Shown piece by piece: positions 28,346 through 45,908 of a stretch of 64,000 nt of DNA. The stretch spans positions 274,970,001-275,034,000 of the forward strand of contig OZ024740.1 in NCBI GenBank assembly GCA_964016885.1, given 5' to 3'. The DNA is from Eledone cirrhosa. Taxonomy: Eukaryota. The notes below the pieces were generated by a model. It saw nothing but the letters and a program-made list of their open reading frames with translations, did no database searches and was not told where the DNA came from. The first letter of the stretch is position 1. Each line of letters starts with the position of its first letter. The position numbers and the translations under genes are program-made.

Positions 28346-28504
28346 GAGAATGTGTGACGAAAGAACTTTGACAATATATGAACAACCGTCCGGTTATGGA
28401 ACCAACCAACCAACCGGAAATTTATAAGTTTAATTTATAATAAATTGGAGTGAAAGCAACTGGTGCGTGCGTTTCTTATTGGCAACATGACCCTCCCAAA
28501 GCAT

Positions 28505-28589
<85 letters not shown>

Positions 28590-28704
28590 ATATATAACCA
28601 AAGATTAATATGGTTCATTGATTACTCAATGAATATAGTTTTACTGCCAATACTGGAATTGAACCATCAAGACAGTTGAGGTATGTCATACATCAATTCA
28701 TGTA

Positions 28705-28766
28705 TTTTATCTGACGAGGACGTACTGAAAAAACACCACAATACCTTTGAAATATATATAATAAAA
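28705..28766 (+). ncRNA. Hammerhead motif with (TA)n stem III
   Basis: TTTTAT-CTGACGA-GG...ACC-tt-tGAAA-TATATA-TA-ATAAAA; stem II is imperfect. Confidence 0.6.
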
Positions 28767-30333
28767 CATATATTTTGATTATGTGAATGTCTTCATTTAT
28801 TAATATTTTGAATAATATATATATATATGAGAGAGATGTCAACATGAATGGACCTGTTATTTTTATCTAAAGACATTTTTTCCAATTCCAACTCGCCCGT
28901 CCCCTCAATATATCTTATTTCTCATTCTTTCTTCTGATGAAGGACTAGCGTCAGACACGTTAAAACCCTCTTCCTGCTATATCAAGCGTAAACCTCATAT
29001 ATCCCTTCCATATACTGTACCGATTGTGTTGTTATTTCTGTTTCTATATATACATGGGATATATACACACGGGATGGTCATTGCTCGTTATTGAAAGAAA
29101 TAAAATCATTTTTGAATATGTTCTTTAAAAAAAAAAAAGGAACGCTCTTCCGATGGGCGTTTCCGTCTTCCAAATGTCACTAACAAGCTTTGGTCCACTC
29201 GAGGCTATTCTGTGCAGGCTACCATACAATAGAATCAAACCTGAAACCACATTAACATTAAGAGTCATTAAATAGAAAAGGTGAACTTTGATGCATCAAT
29301 AACGTAAATTAAAAATAAGCTGGTTGCGTACAGTATTGTCTTTTGTTGAACACTCTTCACATCTTAATACAATAGAGTGGATTATAGACAATTGTAAAGC
29401 ATTAGATATTCATAATTGTCGAAACATATAACGCCGTTGTAAAGTTAAGCCACTGGGCCATTTACACTATGGATGAATACTGAATAGTGAAGAAGAAAAG
29501 AAAGGACTATTTAGATATCTGCCTTCATTCTGATAGTATTGCTGCTTTAAAGGATCAAGTGAATAGTGAAAAGAAAAACCTAGAATTCCTCGAGATATGT
29601 CCCAATCATAACCACGTCATAACGGGCTGATCGTTGTCGTCTTCCTCGTTGTTTTTAGTATTGCTGTTGTTCTTTAGCCACAAGGCTTTAATCTAACCTC
29701 CATGCGTAAACAATGTCTTCTTTTTTCCCCAGACATAGTGAACCTGGGTCTACACAAGAAATGCGGTATATTTATAAAATAATTTAGAAATCCGTAGCTA
29801 TGCAAAAACACCAGCGTCTGTCGCCACCTAGTGGCGTCAAGCAGAAGCAAGGGGGACAATTGTCCGGACGATCCAATAGCTGGACTTTGAAAACAGACGA
29901 GAATATATAGTTTTCTCGTCTGTGTAAATGAGGTGATTAATTTCATTTGCATATGAAGCTGTATAAGTTGGCTCAACTTATAATAGAATAGAATTAGGAT
30001 TTAGCTTCGAGCATAGTTGTATAGAGATATGTATTGGAATTTCGTATTTCTAAAGAAATACGGTATGTTTATAAATAAATATTTAGAAAGCCATAGATAT
30101 GCAAAAACTGTATATTACAGTGCCATGATCTCATCTGACAAGTAACGTTCCCGAAGCAATCCAAATTGAAACAACAAGGAACGGGCAAGGATGATGTTTT
30201 TGAAGCATTCACCGGTTCCCTTAAAGGACTTTAACATCAACAAACTACTTCGCATGTTCTTATTCTAAATATAAACATACCTATGTGGAAGAAGCGAGTT
30301 GAGTGCTTCAATTGAATTGCATCAATATTTACC

Positions 30334-31325
<992 letters not shown>

Positions 31326-31466
31326 TGTGACTAGTAAGATCATTATTCAACTTATTATATAAGACTTTAATGAAAATAGAGTATAGATATATCATTGCCT
31401 GTAAACACATTTCCGTAGTAAGTAATAAATCAAACAACCTTCCGACCACACACAGTCACACATACC

Positions 31467-31565
<99 letters not shown>

Positions 31566-31569
31566 ATAG

Positions 31570-31700
31570 ATCCTGAGTGATATCGAGTGGTAGCCACAGT
31601 TAAAAGCGTACTCAATACATTAATAGAGTGTAAACAACTATATTTTATATAGATATAGTCCTTTAATTGTTTCATTCGTATGAAATCATCTCTATATTAA
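31570..31700 (-). mobile_element. Diverged relative of the 62.6-kb HHR mini-element
   Basis: Minus: GATGATTTCATACGAATGAAAC...ATGTATTGAGTACG...ACTGTGGCTACC. Confidence 0.6.
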
Positions 31701-31706
31701 ATATAT

Positions 31707-31777
<71 letters not shown>

Positions 31778-31852
31778 CACACATATATATATATACACAC
31801 ACATATATATATATATATATTTATATATTTATATATATATATGTATATATAT

Positions 31853-32025
31853 ATTATTAGAAATGTTAGCTATCGCCGTATTTTGACGAAAGAAATTAAA
31901 GAAATTATTTAACCCCATTATCAGGCTAAATAATTTCTTTAATTTCTTTAGTCAAAATACGGCGATAGCTAACATTTCTAATAATTTCAAATCCACTCGC
32001 TGTTTCGAAAATATTCTTACTTATA
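31853..32025 (+). mobile_element. Mini-element with ~59-bp palindromic head in (TA)n
   Basis: Arms 31853-31911 and 31927-31985 with one mismatch, followed by a unique tail. Confidence 0.75.
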
Positions 32026-32056
32026 TAAAATATTCTTATTTATATATATAATATTC

Positions 32057-32114
<58 letters not shown>

Positions 32115-32684
32115 TATATATATATATATATATATTGGGGAAAATGATCAAGTTTCATCATGATCATCGTTTAATGCGAATTTCCCACGCTCGCATGAGA
32201 TAGACGGGTTGTCACCTTTGAGGTAATCTGCATCATGTGACCATGTCTTCCTCCCACAGAAGTGTTTTTGGCTTAGTTTCTTTATGCCCTTCCTAACATC
32301 AACCATATTTCCAGTGAGTACTGGATGCTTTTTACTGTGACTCCTTCATGACCACATTACAGTGTGGACTTGGTACGTTTTGTCGAGATACCTACACGAC
32401 CACTTTACATGTATTTAGTATTTATTGCGCATAGGATTGGCTGAAGGTCGCCCAAAGATGTTATGGATCCAAATCTATTATTCATCTGCTCTTCAGACTG
32501 GGGATTCAACAAAATATACCCTGTTGATCTGAAGAGCAGATTGATAAGGGAGTCAGGTTCATAATTTATTTTGGTGACCTTGAGCCAATCTCCTACCCAA
32601 GCGCGCGTAATAGGTCGATATAAATAAAAGAAACTAAATACATATTAACGAAACCTAGTGATACCAAAACACATACACTATTTA

Positions 32685-32796
<112 letters not shown>

Positions 32797-32839
32797 CTCT
32801 TAAACACACACACACATATATATATATATATTTATATGC

Positions 32840-32902
<63 letters not shown>

Positions 32903-32944
32903 TATGTATGTATATATATGCATATAAATATATATATATATATG

Positions 32945-33031
<87 letters not shown>

Positions 33032-33313
33032 TTGCATATATATGTATATAAATATATGAGTTCCGATCTAGCTGTCGAAACGGCCGGAGCTCAGCCGTCG
33101 GGGTCCTGAATTTTTCTATTACCCACTCTACTACCCTAAGTATTGAGTGCGTTATGGTCTACATGGTATCTTACTACACCCTCTTCGTTATATATCCTCC
33201 ATCTCCACCCTACTTTTGAAAAGCAGAAGACCTGTGAAACCGGTAAAGGAGCCAAATAAATATATATATTTAAAAAAAAAGACTCCAGTTGCATTTTCGA
33301 TTTCATCTTTTTT

Positions 33314-33373
<60 letters not shown>

Positions 33374-33595
33374 TATATAGTAATAATAATAAATTTGAAG
33401 ACTAAAATCCAAAGAGGGCTCGATAAGGATAAATATATATCAAATATACAAGAACCGTAGAGCAAATATTTATTAAAATAACAGATACAAAGTTTAAGCA
33501 AAGAATCGCTGCTTTCACACTTTAATAAATATATATATATATAATATATATAATATATATATAGAAGTGGTTACACAACAGTTAGTCCACCATAC

Positions 33596-33633
33596 CGAGA
33601 ACAATTGTTTCACCTTAGCGGACTTTCAGCTCG
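33596..33633 (-). ncRNA. Hammerhead-like motif, variant core
   Basis: CGAG-CTGAAAG-tCC gctaa GGt-GAAACAATTGTT-CTCG with palindromic stem III. Confidence 0.55.
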
Positions 33634-33915
33634 TAATGGACATGGTTATACGGAACATGAAGGACATATATATATATATGAAAAAAAAAGCAAAGCATGA
33701 ATTCACTTGTACTTCTAAACAATTTGATTTGATTTTATTATCAAATTAATTCAAATTGTTAAGAACTATAAGTGAAGTCATTCTTTTCCTTTTTATTTCT
33801 AATATAACTAACTGTACCAAGGATCTCACACATCTTCCAATATATATATATATATATATATATATTGAATTACCAACAGATGTGAGAAAAACCACAGACC
33901 CTCCATCTCAACTCA

Positions 33916-33953
33916 CCTTTTGAAAAGCAGAAGAACTGCGAAACCGGTAAAGG
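33916..33953 (+). ncRNA. Hammerhead-like motif with UUGAAAA core (family F)
   Basis: CCTT-TTGAAAA-GCAG aagaa CTGC-GAAACCGGTA-AAGG; second copy at ~33212-33250. Confidence 0.7.
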
Positions 33954-34084
33954 AACCAAATAAATATATATATTTTTTAAAAAAATAAGACTTCAGTTGC
34001 ATTTTCGATTTCATCTCTTTTTCTTTATACTTCCACTCGTGTAGGACACCTCGGTTATTTTTCATTTTGTAAAAAAAACCTCAC

Positions 34085-34145
<61 letters not shown>

Positions 34146-34154
34146 TACATATAT

Positions 34155-34230
<76 letters not shown>

Positions 34231-34557
34231 GTGTCAGTGTGTGTGCGTGTGGTTATAGTATGACAAAGTACTTAGGTAGGAATAGCATGTTCTTTTACTA
34301 AAGAAAATCAACGTAATACAGCTGTGTGTGTGTACTGCTATTTTCTATACCATTCAACATGCAGTGCTGCACATTGAACAAGTATTGTGCGAACACACAG
34401 ACAAATGCATAGATGTGACATCTTATTGATAGACTTTCTCTCTCTATTCTCATTAATAAATGTGCATATTTCTGTGCATGTGTTCTTCGATATAATAAAA
34501 TATATTAGACTATGTATAAATATGATATGCATTCATATATACTTGTACATATCTATA

Positions 34558-34615
<58 letters not shown>

Positions 34616-34794
34616 TATATATATATATATTGTTTTGGTACCCTTGAAATATATATAATAGAATAAATATGGTTTTATAAATATAGTTCCCATTTATTAA
34701 TATCATTGATATTATACGGCAGAAAACCTGTCGAGTGTTTCGAATATGTTATAAATATATTTATTGAATTACCAACAAATTATATATCTCTTTG

Positions 34795-34848
<54 letters not shown>

Positions 34849-34916
34849 AATATATTATATATGTACATATGTATATATACATATACAAATATAAATATAT
34901 ATATATATACAAAGAC

Positions 34917-34947
<31 letters not shown>

Positions 34948-34988
34948 AATATAAATATATATACAAAGACATATATATATACAAAGAC

Positions 34989-35039
<51 letters not shown>

Positions 35040-35172
35040 CATACATATATATATATACAAATATAAATATACATATATCTATGAAGATATATATATATAT
35101 ATATGTGTTTGTGTATATATATGTGTGTGTGCATATAAATATATATATATATAAATATATATATATATAAAT

Positions 35173-35232
<60 letters not shown>

Positions 35233-35334
35233 TAGACTATGTATGAACTGCGAAACCGGTAAAGAAACCAAATAAATCTATATCTTTATATAAAAAAAAA
35301 AGACTCCAGTTGCACTTTCGATTTCATCTTTTTT

Positions 35335-35392
<58 letters not shown>

Positions 35393-35412
35393 TTATTAAA
35401 ATAACAGATATA

Positions 35413-35501
<89 letters not shown>

Positions 35502-35516
35502 TACATGTATATAAAA

Positions 35517-35553
<37 letters not shown>

Positions 35554-35815
35554 AATGATTAGGAACCCTGAGCCCCTGTTCTTGCTTCCTTCATATTCCC
35601 ATTGCATTTAAGTTACCTTAAATAGCCACTACACAGCCATTTCTATTCTCCATATATTTCATTATATATATATATGTGTGTGTGTGTCTGTGTGTGTGTG
35701 TGTGTGTGTGTCTGTGTGTGTGTGTGTGTCTGTGTGTGTGTGTGTGTGTGAGTATATATATATATATATATATTTATAAATATATACAAATATAAATATA
35801 CATATATATATATAT

Positions 35816-36015
35816 AGGACAAGGTATGACCCGACGGCAGAGCTCAAGCCGTTTCGACAGCTATTTCTGGAGTCCAGAAATAGCCGTCAAAACGGCTTGA
35901 GCTCTGCCGTCGGGGTCATACTTTTTCCTTTTTCCTATTTCCCAATCTACTACCCTAAGTATTGAGTACTCTGGTGCGTTATGGTTCATCTGGTTCCTTA
36001 CCACAATTCCTTTGT

Positions 36016-36017
<2 letters not shown>
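35816..36017 (+). mobile_element. Family A mini-element (diverged subfamily) with palindromic head
   Basis: Arms joined at TTTCTGGA-G-TCCAGAAA; tail and (TA)n. Confidence 0.8.
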
Positions 36018-36058
<41 letters not shown>

Positions 36059-36106
36059 ATGCTTGTACATGTGTGTGTGTATATATATGCACACATACAC
36101 ACACGC

Positions 36107-36219
<113 letters not shown>

Positions 36220-36231
36220 AATATATATACA

Positions 36232-36600
36232 CGTACGGCCTGTCAAAAACATATCCGAACTTAGACAGGGAAATATTTCTAATCAATTCCTTATCCCCTT
36301 TAAAGTAGGTCCTTTCTGTCTCCACACACAAACCCAATCACTCTTTCCACTCTTCAAGGCAATGTTTCGTCCTGTATGGCTTTCAGCATAATGTCCTCTC
36401 GTCTTCTTTTGGTATCTTCATTTGGTGGGGAACATCTAGAAGTCACAAAGAGCCCTATCTGGAGAGCAAGTTTGTGAAATGCCTCAGTAGTTAAAGAAAT
36501 CAATCAGCACCCCATTAACATTTGCTCTACACCTGACAAGTTTTTGAGGCCTTTGGAGTCTTTTGTGATGTTGGATCCATTTATTATGATCACTGCGCTT
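36232..36600 (-). pseudogene. Mariner remnant with TIR
   Basis: Minus: CLEEWKE*LGLCVETERTYFKGDKE; TIR TACGGCCTGTCAAAAACATATCCGA. Confidence 0.65.
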
Positions 36601-36852
36601 AGCGGGGTTCATATGTACAGTCACGCTTTTCCAGGGTAAGAGATGGAAGATGTGATCGCTGATAGATTAGGAGTGTGGGAGTGTATAATACAGGAAATGA
36701 TAGGTGTGATTGATCATGGATGATGTTTACAAAGATAAAGAGAATAGTTATTAAATATCTATGATATGTGTAGAATTTAACAAGGTAAGTCAGTGGAAAT
36801 GGGAGGGATATTTGATAGAATGACGGTCAAAGTAAATAATTACTAGAAAAGA

Positions 36853-36992
36853 AATAATTGTTTCAACTTTTTGGCACAAGGCCAGCAATTATCCAGTACA
36901 TTACTGGTACTTTATTTTATCGACCCCGTAAGGATGAAAAGCAAAGTTAACCTCAGCGGGATTTGAACTCAGAATGGAAAGGGCCGTAACTC
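36853..36992 (-). mobile_element. SINE copy (further partial copies at 19393-19458, 22590-22660, 38902-39015)
   Basis: Match to the SINE consensus. Confidence 0.8.
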
Positions 36993-37310
36993 TAGAAAAG
37001 TAATAATATTGTGTGTTGAGTATGAATGGCTCAGGTCTCATTCGCGCGATAAAATGCATTAGATGAGCAGAAAATACAATAGCAGAAATCACGGGGCATT
37101 CTGCATTGATTGGCCTGTCTACTCCAATATTTCATGCAACTAATCATTGCGATCATTTGTCAACTATTGTAAGGTTTAACTCCCTATGGATGGGCTTCAC
37201 TACTTTATCCAAGGTCTTTGTAGACCTACCACTTCTACACTTATCCTCTACTGAGATTTTTTAACTACTTTAATTCTTTATACATGTGGCATCTTGTGCC
37301 ACATATGTGC

Positions 37311-37354
<44 letters not shown>

Positions 37355-37709
37355 GTGTGCGCGCGCGCGCGTGTGTGTCTATACACGATATTCAATCATA
37401 TAAAAGTGATCAGTTACACTTCTCTACATATGATTACAATCAATATATGATAATATGCGCGTATTGAATAACACAAATTCCCACATGCAGCCCCATACAG
37501 ACGCGTACACACAAACACACCTATATAATGCAAATGTGTGTATATGTGTGTGTTAGAATAGATTGACAGAGATATAATTCAATAGATTTACTGCAGATAC
37601 AGTGTTAATTATTTGATAGATAGATCAATACATCGATAGATTGATAGATAGATAGCTAGATTGATAGATAGATGGATGGATAGATTGATAAATAGATAGA
37701 TAGATAGAT

Positions 37710-38488
37710 ATATTTCTTTATTAGCCACAGGGGCATAAAAGAAGGGGACAAATACAAAGGGGGAAGTTTACATACAATAAAAACGTGTAAAATGTTATCA
37801 CAGATGGAATTTAAAAGTTAGTCGATTTTCCCCAATAGAGGGAGACAGTTTATATGGGTAACACATACCCCCGAAAAAAAAATGTGCAACCCTCATCTCC
37901 AGGAGTACGAAGAGCTTGTACTCCTTTCCTCTCCTCCTCCTTTTCCTCAACCTACAGGCTGATATAGAGAGAAGGCCCATTCACTCGGGCCATTCTCGCC
38001 ACTTTCACCCACCTTTCATAAAACTTGCTGGGGTACAGCACCTCTCTCTCCATCCTGATTCTTCTTTCAAAGTGGTATTTGAAAAAAAGAATCAGATAGA
38101 TAGATATATTTCTTTATTAGCCACAGGGGCACAAAAGAAGGGGACAAATACAAAGGGGGAAGTTTACATACAATAAAAACGTGTAAAATGTTATCACAGA
38201 TGGAATTTAAAAGTTAGTCGATTTTCCCCAATAGAGGGAGACAGTTTATATGGGTAACACATACCCCCGAAAAAAATGTGCAACCCTCATCTCCAGGAGT
38301 ACGAAGAGCTTGTACTCCTTTCCTCTCCTCCTCCTTTTCCTCAATCTACAGGCTGATATAGAGAGAAGGCCCATTCACTCGGGCCATTCTCGCCACTTTC
38401 ACCCACCTTTCATAAAACTTGCTGGGGTACAGCACCTCTCTCTCCATCCTGATTCTTCTTTCAAAGTGGTATTTGAAAAAAAGAATCA
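37710..38488 (-). mobile_element. Two tandem ~390-bp 3' ends of a Tx1/L1-like LINE in (GATA)n
   Basis: Units 37710-38094 and 38104-38488 are nearly identical; LILFFKYHFERRIRMEREVL...FYERWVKVARMARVNGPSL*; AATAAAG followed by (TATC)n. Confidence 0.75.
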
Positions 38489-39212
38489 GATAGATAGATA
38501 GATAGATAGACAGACAGAAAGGTTGCTGCACAGAGACATATATGCATTCACAAATACATATATACATACAAAGATACATCCTTACACACACACACACTCA
38601 CACACACATGTGTGTGTGTGTGTGTATGTGTATACATACAAACATACATATATGCATGCATACATACACATACATACATACGTACGTACATACATACACA
38701 CGTACATACATAGGAAGGTGGCCGGTCAAAAAAATATACTCGAAATTAAGAGAAAGAGATAACATACATACAACGTTGCATATACATAAACATTTGCATT
38801 TCATAAGAGGTTTAATTTATATGCATTAATTTTGTGCATATGTTGTGACCTTGTGAGTTTATGAATGATCAGATGCATATTTCTTCATGCAAGTTGAAAA
38901 TATAATTGTTTCTACTTTTAGCACAAGGCCAGCAATTATCCTAGTACATTACTGGTACTTTATATTATCGACCCCGTAGGGAGAAAGCAAAGTTAAACTC
39001 GGCGGGATTTGAACTAAGCATTCACACAAATCCCTGTCTGTATGTACACATGAATACATACATGTATACATACGCCGAAACATATATATATATATATATA
39101 TATGTAGAAATATATGTGCATGCCTGTGTGTGGATGTGTGTGTGTGTGTGTTTGTATGTATATATATATTTATATATATGTGTGTGTGTGTGTATGTGTT
39201 TGCATGTATATA

Positions 39213-39280
<68 letters not shown>

Positions 39281-39294
39281 AATATATACATACA

Positions 39295-39904
39295 TCTATA
39301 TATATAAAGTTGTAGTTCCTGTCTGTTGTTTGTTTGTTCACGAACTCTTCCTATAGTTTTGGAGATAGGCCCCCATAACCATGTATATTCTGAAACTATA
39401 TTGCCCAGGGTACTTGGATAAGTATATTTCATTTTAATCAAAGGGTTTCCCCGGGGACACAAACCCCCGCTGAAAATGTTTCCCTTCGATTTATATGAAA
39501 TTTAAACCATAGGTAAATGACAAGATGCCTATTCACAAAATTTCAGCAAATTTCAATAATATTAAGACACCCTAATGGGGATTAAACCCCCTATAGCGAA
39601 AATTTTGGAAGCCCATAACTTGAGTATCGAAATCTCTATTATCACGGGGGTTTTCTATTAATTAAAGTAAATCAACAAAAAAAGCACCTCTCTTTTATAG
39701 TAAAATTTAGCTAATTTAAACATTTTATCTATGGCAAAACATCACTAGAATTATGACAACAAAAAATATGTTAATGCCTCTACTTTTTTAACATTTTCCC
39801 TTTATTTTTTCCTCATTAATTATATCACTGATTTAAAATCAATCATCAATTTCTTACAAAAAAAAAATGTGTGAAATGCAGCAGTGCGCGGGTAATTCGG
39901 CTAG
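39295..39904 (+). mobile_element. Non-autonomous Helitron
   Basis: A|TCTATATATATAAAG...GTCTGTTG 5' end; GC-rich subterminal GCAGCAGTGCGCGGG and CTAG|T 3' end. Confidence 0.8.
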
Positions 39905-39919
39905 TATAATATATAATAC

Positions 39920-39964
<45 letters not shown>

Positions 39965-39965
<1 letters not shown>

Positions 39966-40150
39966 GTATAGTAATAAAATATATTTGAAGGCCAAAATCC
40001 AAAAGGGCTCGATAAGGATAAATATATATCAAATATATAAGAACCGTAGAGCAAATATTTATTAAAATAACAGATTAAAGTTTAATCAAAGAATCGCTGC
40101 TTTAGCATCGATTCTTTGCTTAAACTTTAATCTGTTATTTTAATAAATAT
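39965..40150 (-). mobile_element. Family D mini-element with palindromic head
   Basis: Arms ~40054-40100 and ~40103-40149; non-palindromic copy at 33380-33520. Confidence 0.75.
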
Positions 40151-40242
40151 ATAATGTATATATATATATATATACAAATACATATATATAATATAAATAT
40201 GCATTTATATATATGTTTGTGTGTAAGTGTGTGTGTGTCTCT

Positions 40243-40279
<37 letters not shown>

Positions 40280-40293
40280 ATCTTTTTATGTGT

Positions 40294-40493
40294 NNNNNNN
40301 NNNNNNNNNNNNNNNNNNNNNNNNNNNNNNNNNNNNNNNNNNNNNNNNNNNNNNNNNNNNNNNNNNNNNNNNNNNNNNNNNNNNNNNNNNNNNNNNNNNN
40401 NNNNNNNNNNNNNNNNNNNNNNNNNNNNNNNNNNNNNNNNNNNNNNNNNNNNNNNNNNNNNNNNNNNNNNNNNNNNNNNNNNNNNNNNNNNNN
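40294..40493. other. Assembly gap (200 N)
   Basis: Run of N. Confidence 1.
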
Positions 40494-40719
40494 TTTTCAT
40501 TCGCACCGTTTCCTTTCGCTATATGTCTCTCCACCACTCCCCTACACACCCTTTGAACTCTGTTCCCACACACTTCTCACCTGAGGAAGGGCTTATGCCC
40601 GAAACGTCGTCCCCCACCAACACCCCACTCTCCAGAGCGTGAAATTAATAAATATTCGTTGTACTGCCTCTCTGTTTTGTCCCTGTTCAAATTTTTCCAT
40701 TATATATATATACATACAT

Positions 40720-40824
<105 letters not shown>

Positions 40825-40927
40825 CATATACATATATATATATACATATATATATATATACATATATATACATATATATATATACATATATATATATACA
40901 TATATATACATATATATACATATATAC

Positions 40928-40958
<31 letters not shown>

Positions 40959-40959
40959 C

Positions 40960-41040
<81 letters not shown>

Positions 41041-41096
41041 AAAGTTTGTTAGGGGGTAACAAACTTTTATCTGACTTTGAAAATCTATATATACAC

Positions 41097-41175
<79 letters not shown>

Positions 41176-41218
41176 TATATACACATATATATATATATAT
41201 ACACATATATATATATAT

Positions 41219-41397
<179 letters not shown>

Positions 41398-41404
41398 CAT
41401 ATAT

Positions 41405-41476
<72 letters not shown>

Positions 41477-41478
<2 letters not shown>

Positions 41479-42960
41479 TGTTGTCCCAGTTTTCAAAAAG
41501 GGAAACAAATCCCTTGCCGTGAATTACCGTCCAATCTCACTCACCTCTCATATCATTAAGGTATTTGAGAGAGGGGTGAGATCGCGAATGACCCTCTTCC
41601 TTGCTGAACTCCAACCAGCATGGATTCCGTAATGGAAGGGATTGCCTGACGCAGCTACTGCATCAATTTGATGACATTTTGAGAGCCTTGGGAGAGGGTT
41701 CCAACACTGATGTTATCTACCTTGATTTCAGCAAGGACTTTGACAGGGTTGATCATAACATTCTACTGAGAAAGCTGTCCAATATTGGTGTCACTGGAAA
41801 GCTGCTGCAGTGGATCAAGAGCTTCCTGTCAAACAGAACCCAACATGTTGTAGTTGAGGGAGTCAAATCCAGCCCAGCCAAAGTCAGTAGTGGGGTCCCA
41901 CAAGGCACTGTGTTGGGCCCACTTCTCTTCATCATCTATATTAATGACATCACTGACATCATCAAACACAGCAACATTAAAATTTTCGCTGATGATTCCA
42001 AGCTCCAAAAGGTCATCAATGGCGTGGATGACCGGATAAGCCCTCAGTCAGACCTACTGGCTGTTACCCAATGGGCGGAAAAGAACAACATGTTACTGAA
42101 CGAAGACAAATTCGAACTGATCCACTTTGGAAAAGAGGATGCCCTGAAACTCCCGTACTCCCTTCCCTCCGGGGAAACTCTCGTGGCATCTAACAACATC
42201 AGAGACTTGGGAGTAACCGTGGACAGCAACATAAGCTGGACCACGCATATAAGCAGCAAAGTTGACATGGCCCGCAGAATGTGTTCCTGGATCCTCAGAA
42301 CCTTCCAGTCGAGAGATTCCCACAACATTATCCTTCTCTTCTCTACTTTTGCCCGACCACACCTTGAATACTGTTGTCCACTGTGGTCTCCCCACACGAA
42401 ACAAAGTATCATGAAACTTGAAGCTCCTCAAAGGGCTATCACGAAAAAGATAGATGGCATGTCAGACCTTGACTACTGGGTTCGATTAGAAAACCTAAAA
42501 CTTTACTCACTCCAACGTCGACGTGAGCATTATATTATCTGCATGATGTGGAAAATGTTCCATCATCAGTGCCCAAATGATGTTGGCATCGCCTTCAAGA
42601 TACACCCAAGGCTTGGGCCCCGTGCTATCCGTCCCATTCAAAAATCTAAATCGCAACTCATAACAACAATACGGCACAATTATTTCACCTCAATCGGCCC
42701 TTCTCTCTTCAACATCACACCAGGACACGTCAAAACAGAAACTGACCACACAAAATTCAAGAAGTCTTTGGACAAATTCCTCCAAGTAATCCCGGACAAA
42801 CCACCAACACCCAGATATGTCTCCGCAAACACTAATTCTCTTCTCGAATGGGCCATGGTGCCCAAATCCTGAATTGAAAACAATTCGCCAGGTGGTGCTA
42901 TTAAGTTAGACATGGCCTGGGCCAATACTGGCCAAAACATTTCAAAGTTATTCAAAGTTA
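41477..42960 (+). mobile_element. 5'-truncated CR1/L2-group LINE inserted in (TA)n
   Basis: VVPVFKKG...NYRPISLTS upstream of the RT ORF; 3' tail (TTCAAAGTTA)x2. Confidence 0.9.
41601..42872 (+). CDS. Non-LTR reverse transcriptase, partial and probably inactive
   Basis: [14 protein letters not shown] (normally FSKAFD), [27 protein letters not shown]; frameshift just upstream. Confidence 0.9.
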   Translation: MLNSNQHGFRNGRDCLTQLLHQFDDILRALGEGSNTDVIYLDFSKDFDRVDHNILLRKLSNIGVTGKLLQWIKSFLSNRTQHVVVEGVKSSPAKVSSGVPQGTVLGPLLFIIYINDITDIIKHSNIKIFADDSKLQKVINGVDDRISPQSDLLAVTQWAEKNNMLLNEDKFELIHFGKEDALKLPYSLPSGETLVASNNIRDLGVTVDSNISWTTHISSKVDMARRMCSWILRTFQSRDSHNIILLFSTFARPHLEYCCPLWSPHTKQSIMKLEAPQRAITKKIDGMSDLDYWVRLENLKLYSLQRRREHYIICMMWKMFHHQCPNDVGIAFKIHPRLGPRAIRPIQKSKSQLITTIRHNYFTSIGPSLFNITPGHVKTETDHTKFKKSLDKFLQVIPDKPPTPRYVSANTNSLLEWAMVPKS

Positions 42961-45008
<2,048 letters not shown>

Positions 45009-45645
45009 TATATTTAGAAACACACAGATACATGCGGACACACACATATACATGAATGCATCCGCACCCAACCGTGAGTTAAGGGTGCCAACTTCACCGA
45101 TGTTGCTCAATGAATGACTGGGACAGACCAATCCGGTTGAACTAGACTGAACCAGTATCAGAGTTAAAAATACATTATGAAGAGAGAAGAAACATTTAGA
45201 TATAATTTGTAATAAAATGTATCATACCTAAACTGCTCCTAGATTCCTCGACTACGTAGTTTCGTGGCATCAATACATCATAAAGATATAGAGTCCTTGC
45301 GAGGTCTGCCGACTTATCAAGAGGATACCTCATTTTACTAGTCTCAAGAACGCGTCTACACGACGTGAGAAAGAATCTCAAAAGGCGGAGGGGGAGATAG
45401 TTACGCGATATAACGGTCGAGAAACAGAGCTAAGCTTCTTATAACCCCGAAGAAAATACCACAGAGGCGGAGGGGGGTATTTATATCGAAGCCGTAGAAG
45501 AGGTGGTGAAGGAGGCGAGAAGTATGAGTAATGGAAGCTTTCCAGCAGTCCCCACACTTCAAATATTGCTCAACCAGAGGGAGTTATTAACAATATATTT
45601 AGAAACACACAGATACATGCGGACACACACACACACATATATATA

Positions 45646-45691
<46 letters not shown>

Positions 45692-45697
45692 CATATA

Positions 45698-45738
<41 letters not shown>

Positions 45739-45769
45739 TATATACATATATATATATACATATATATAT

Positions 45770-45820
<51 letters not shown>

Positions 45821-45830
45821 ATACATATAC

Positions 45831-45873
<43 letters not shown>

Positions 45874-45908
45874 TATGTGTACATATATATATATACATAT
45901 ATATATAT

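Larger units (their letters stand above)
27760..28508 (-). mobile_element. Penelope-like element 3' fragment with inverted second 3' end
   Basis: Minus arm 27760-28345 (GIY-YIG end, 3' UTR, HHR); plus arm 28346-28508 repeats the 3' end starting in the HHR stem II loop. Confidence 0.85.

Noticed and set aside
40135-40642. ORFs spanning X runs
   Set aside because: Artefacts of the N gap
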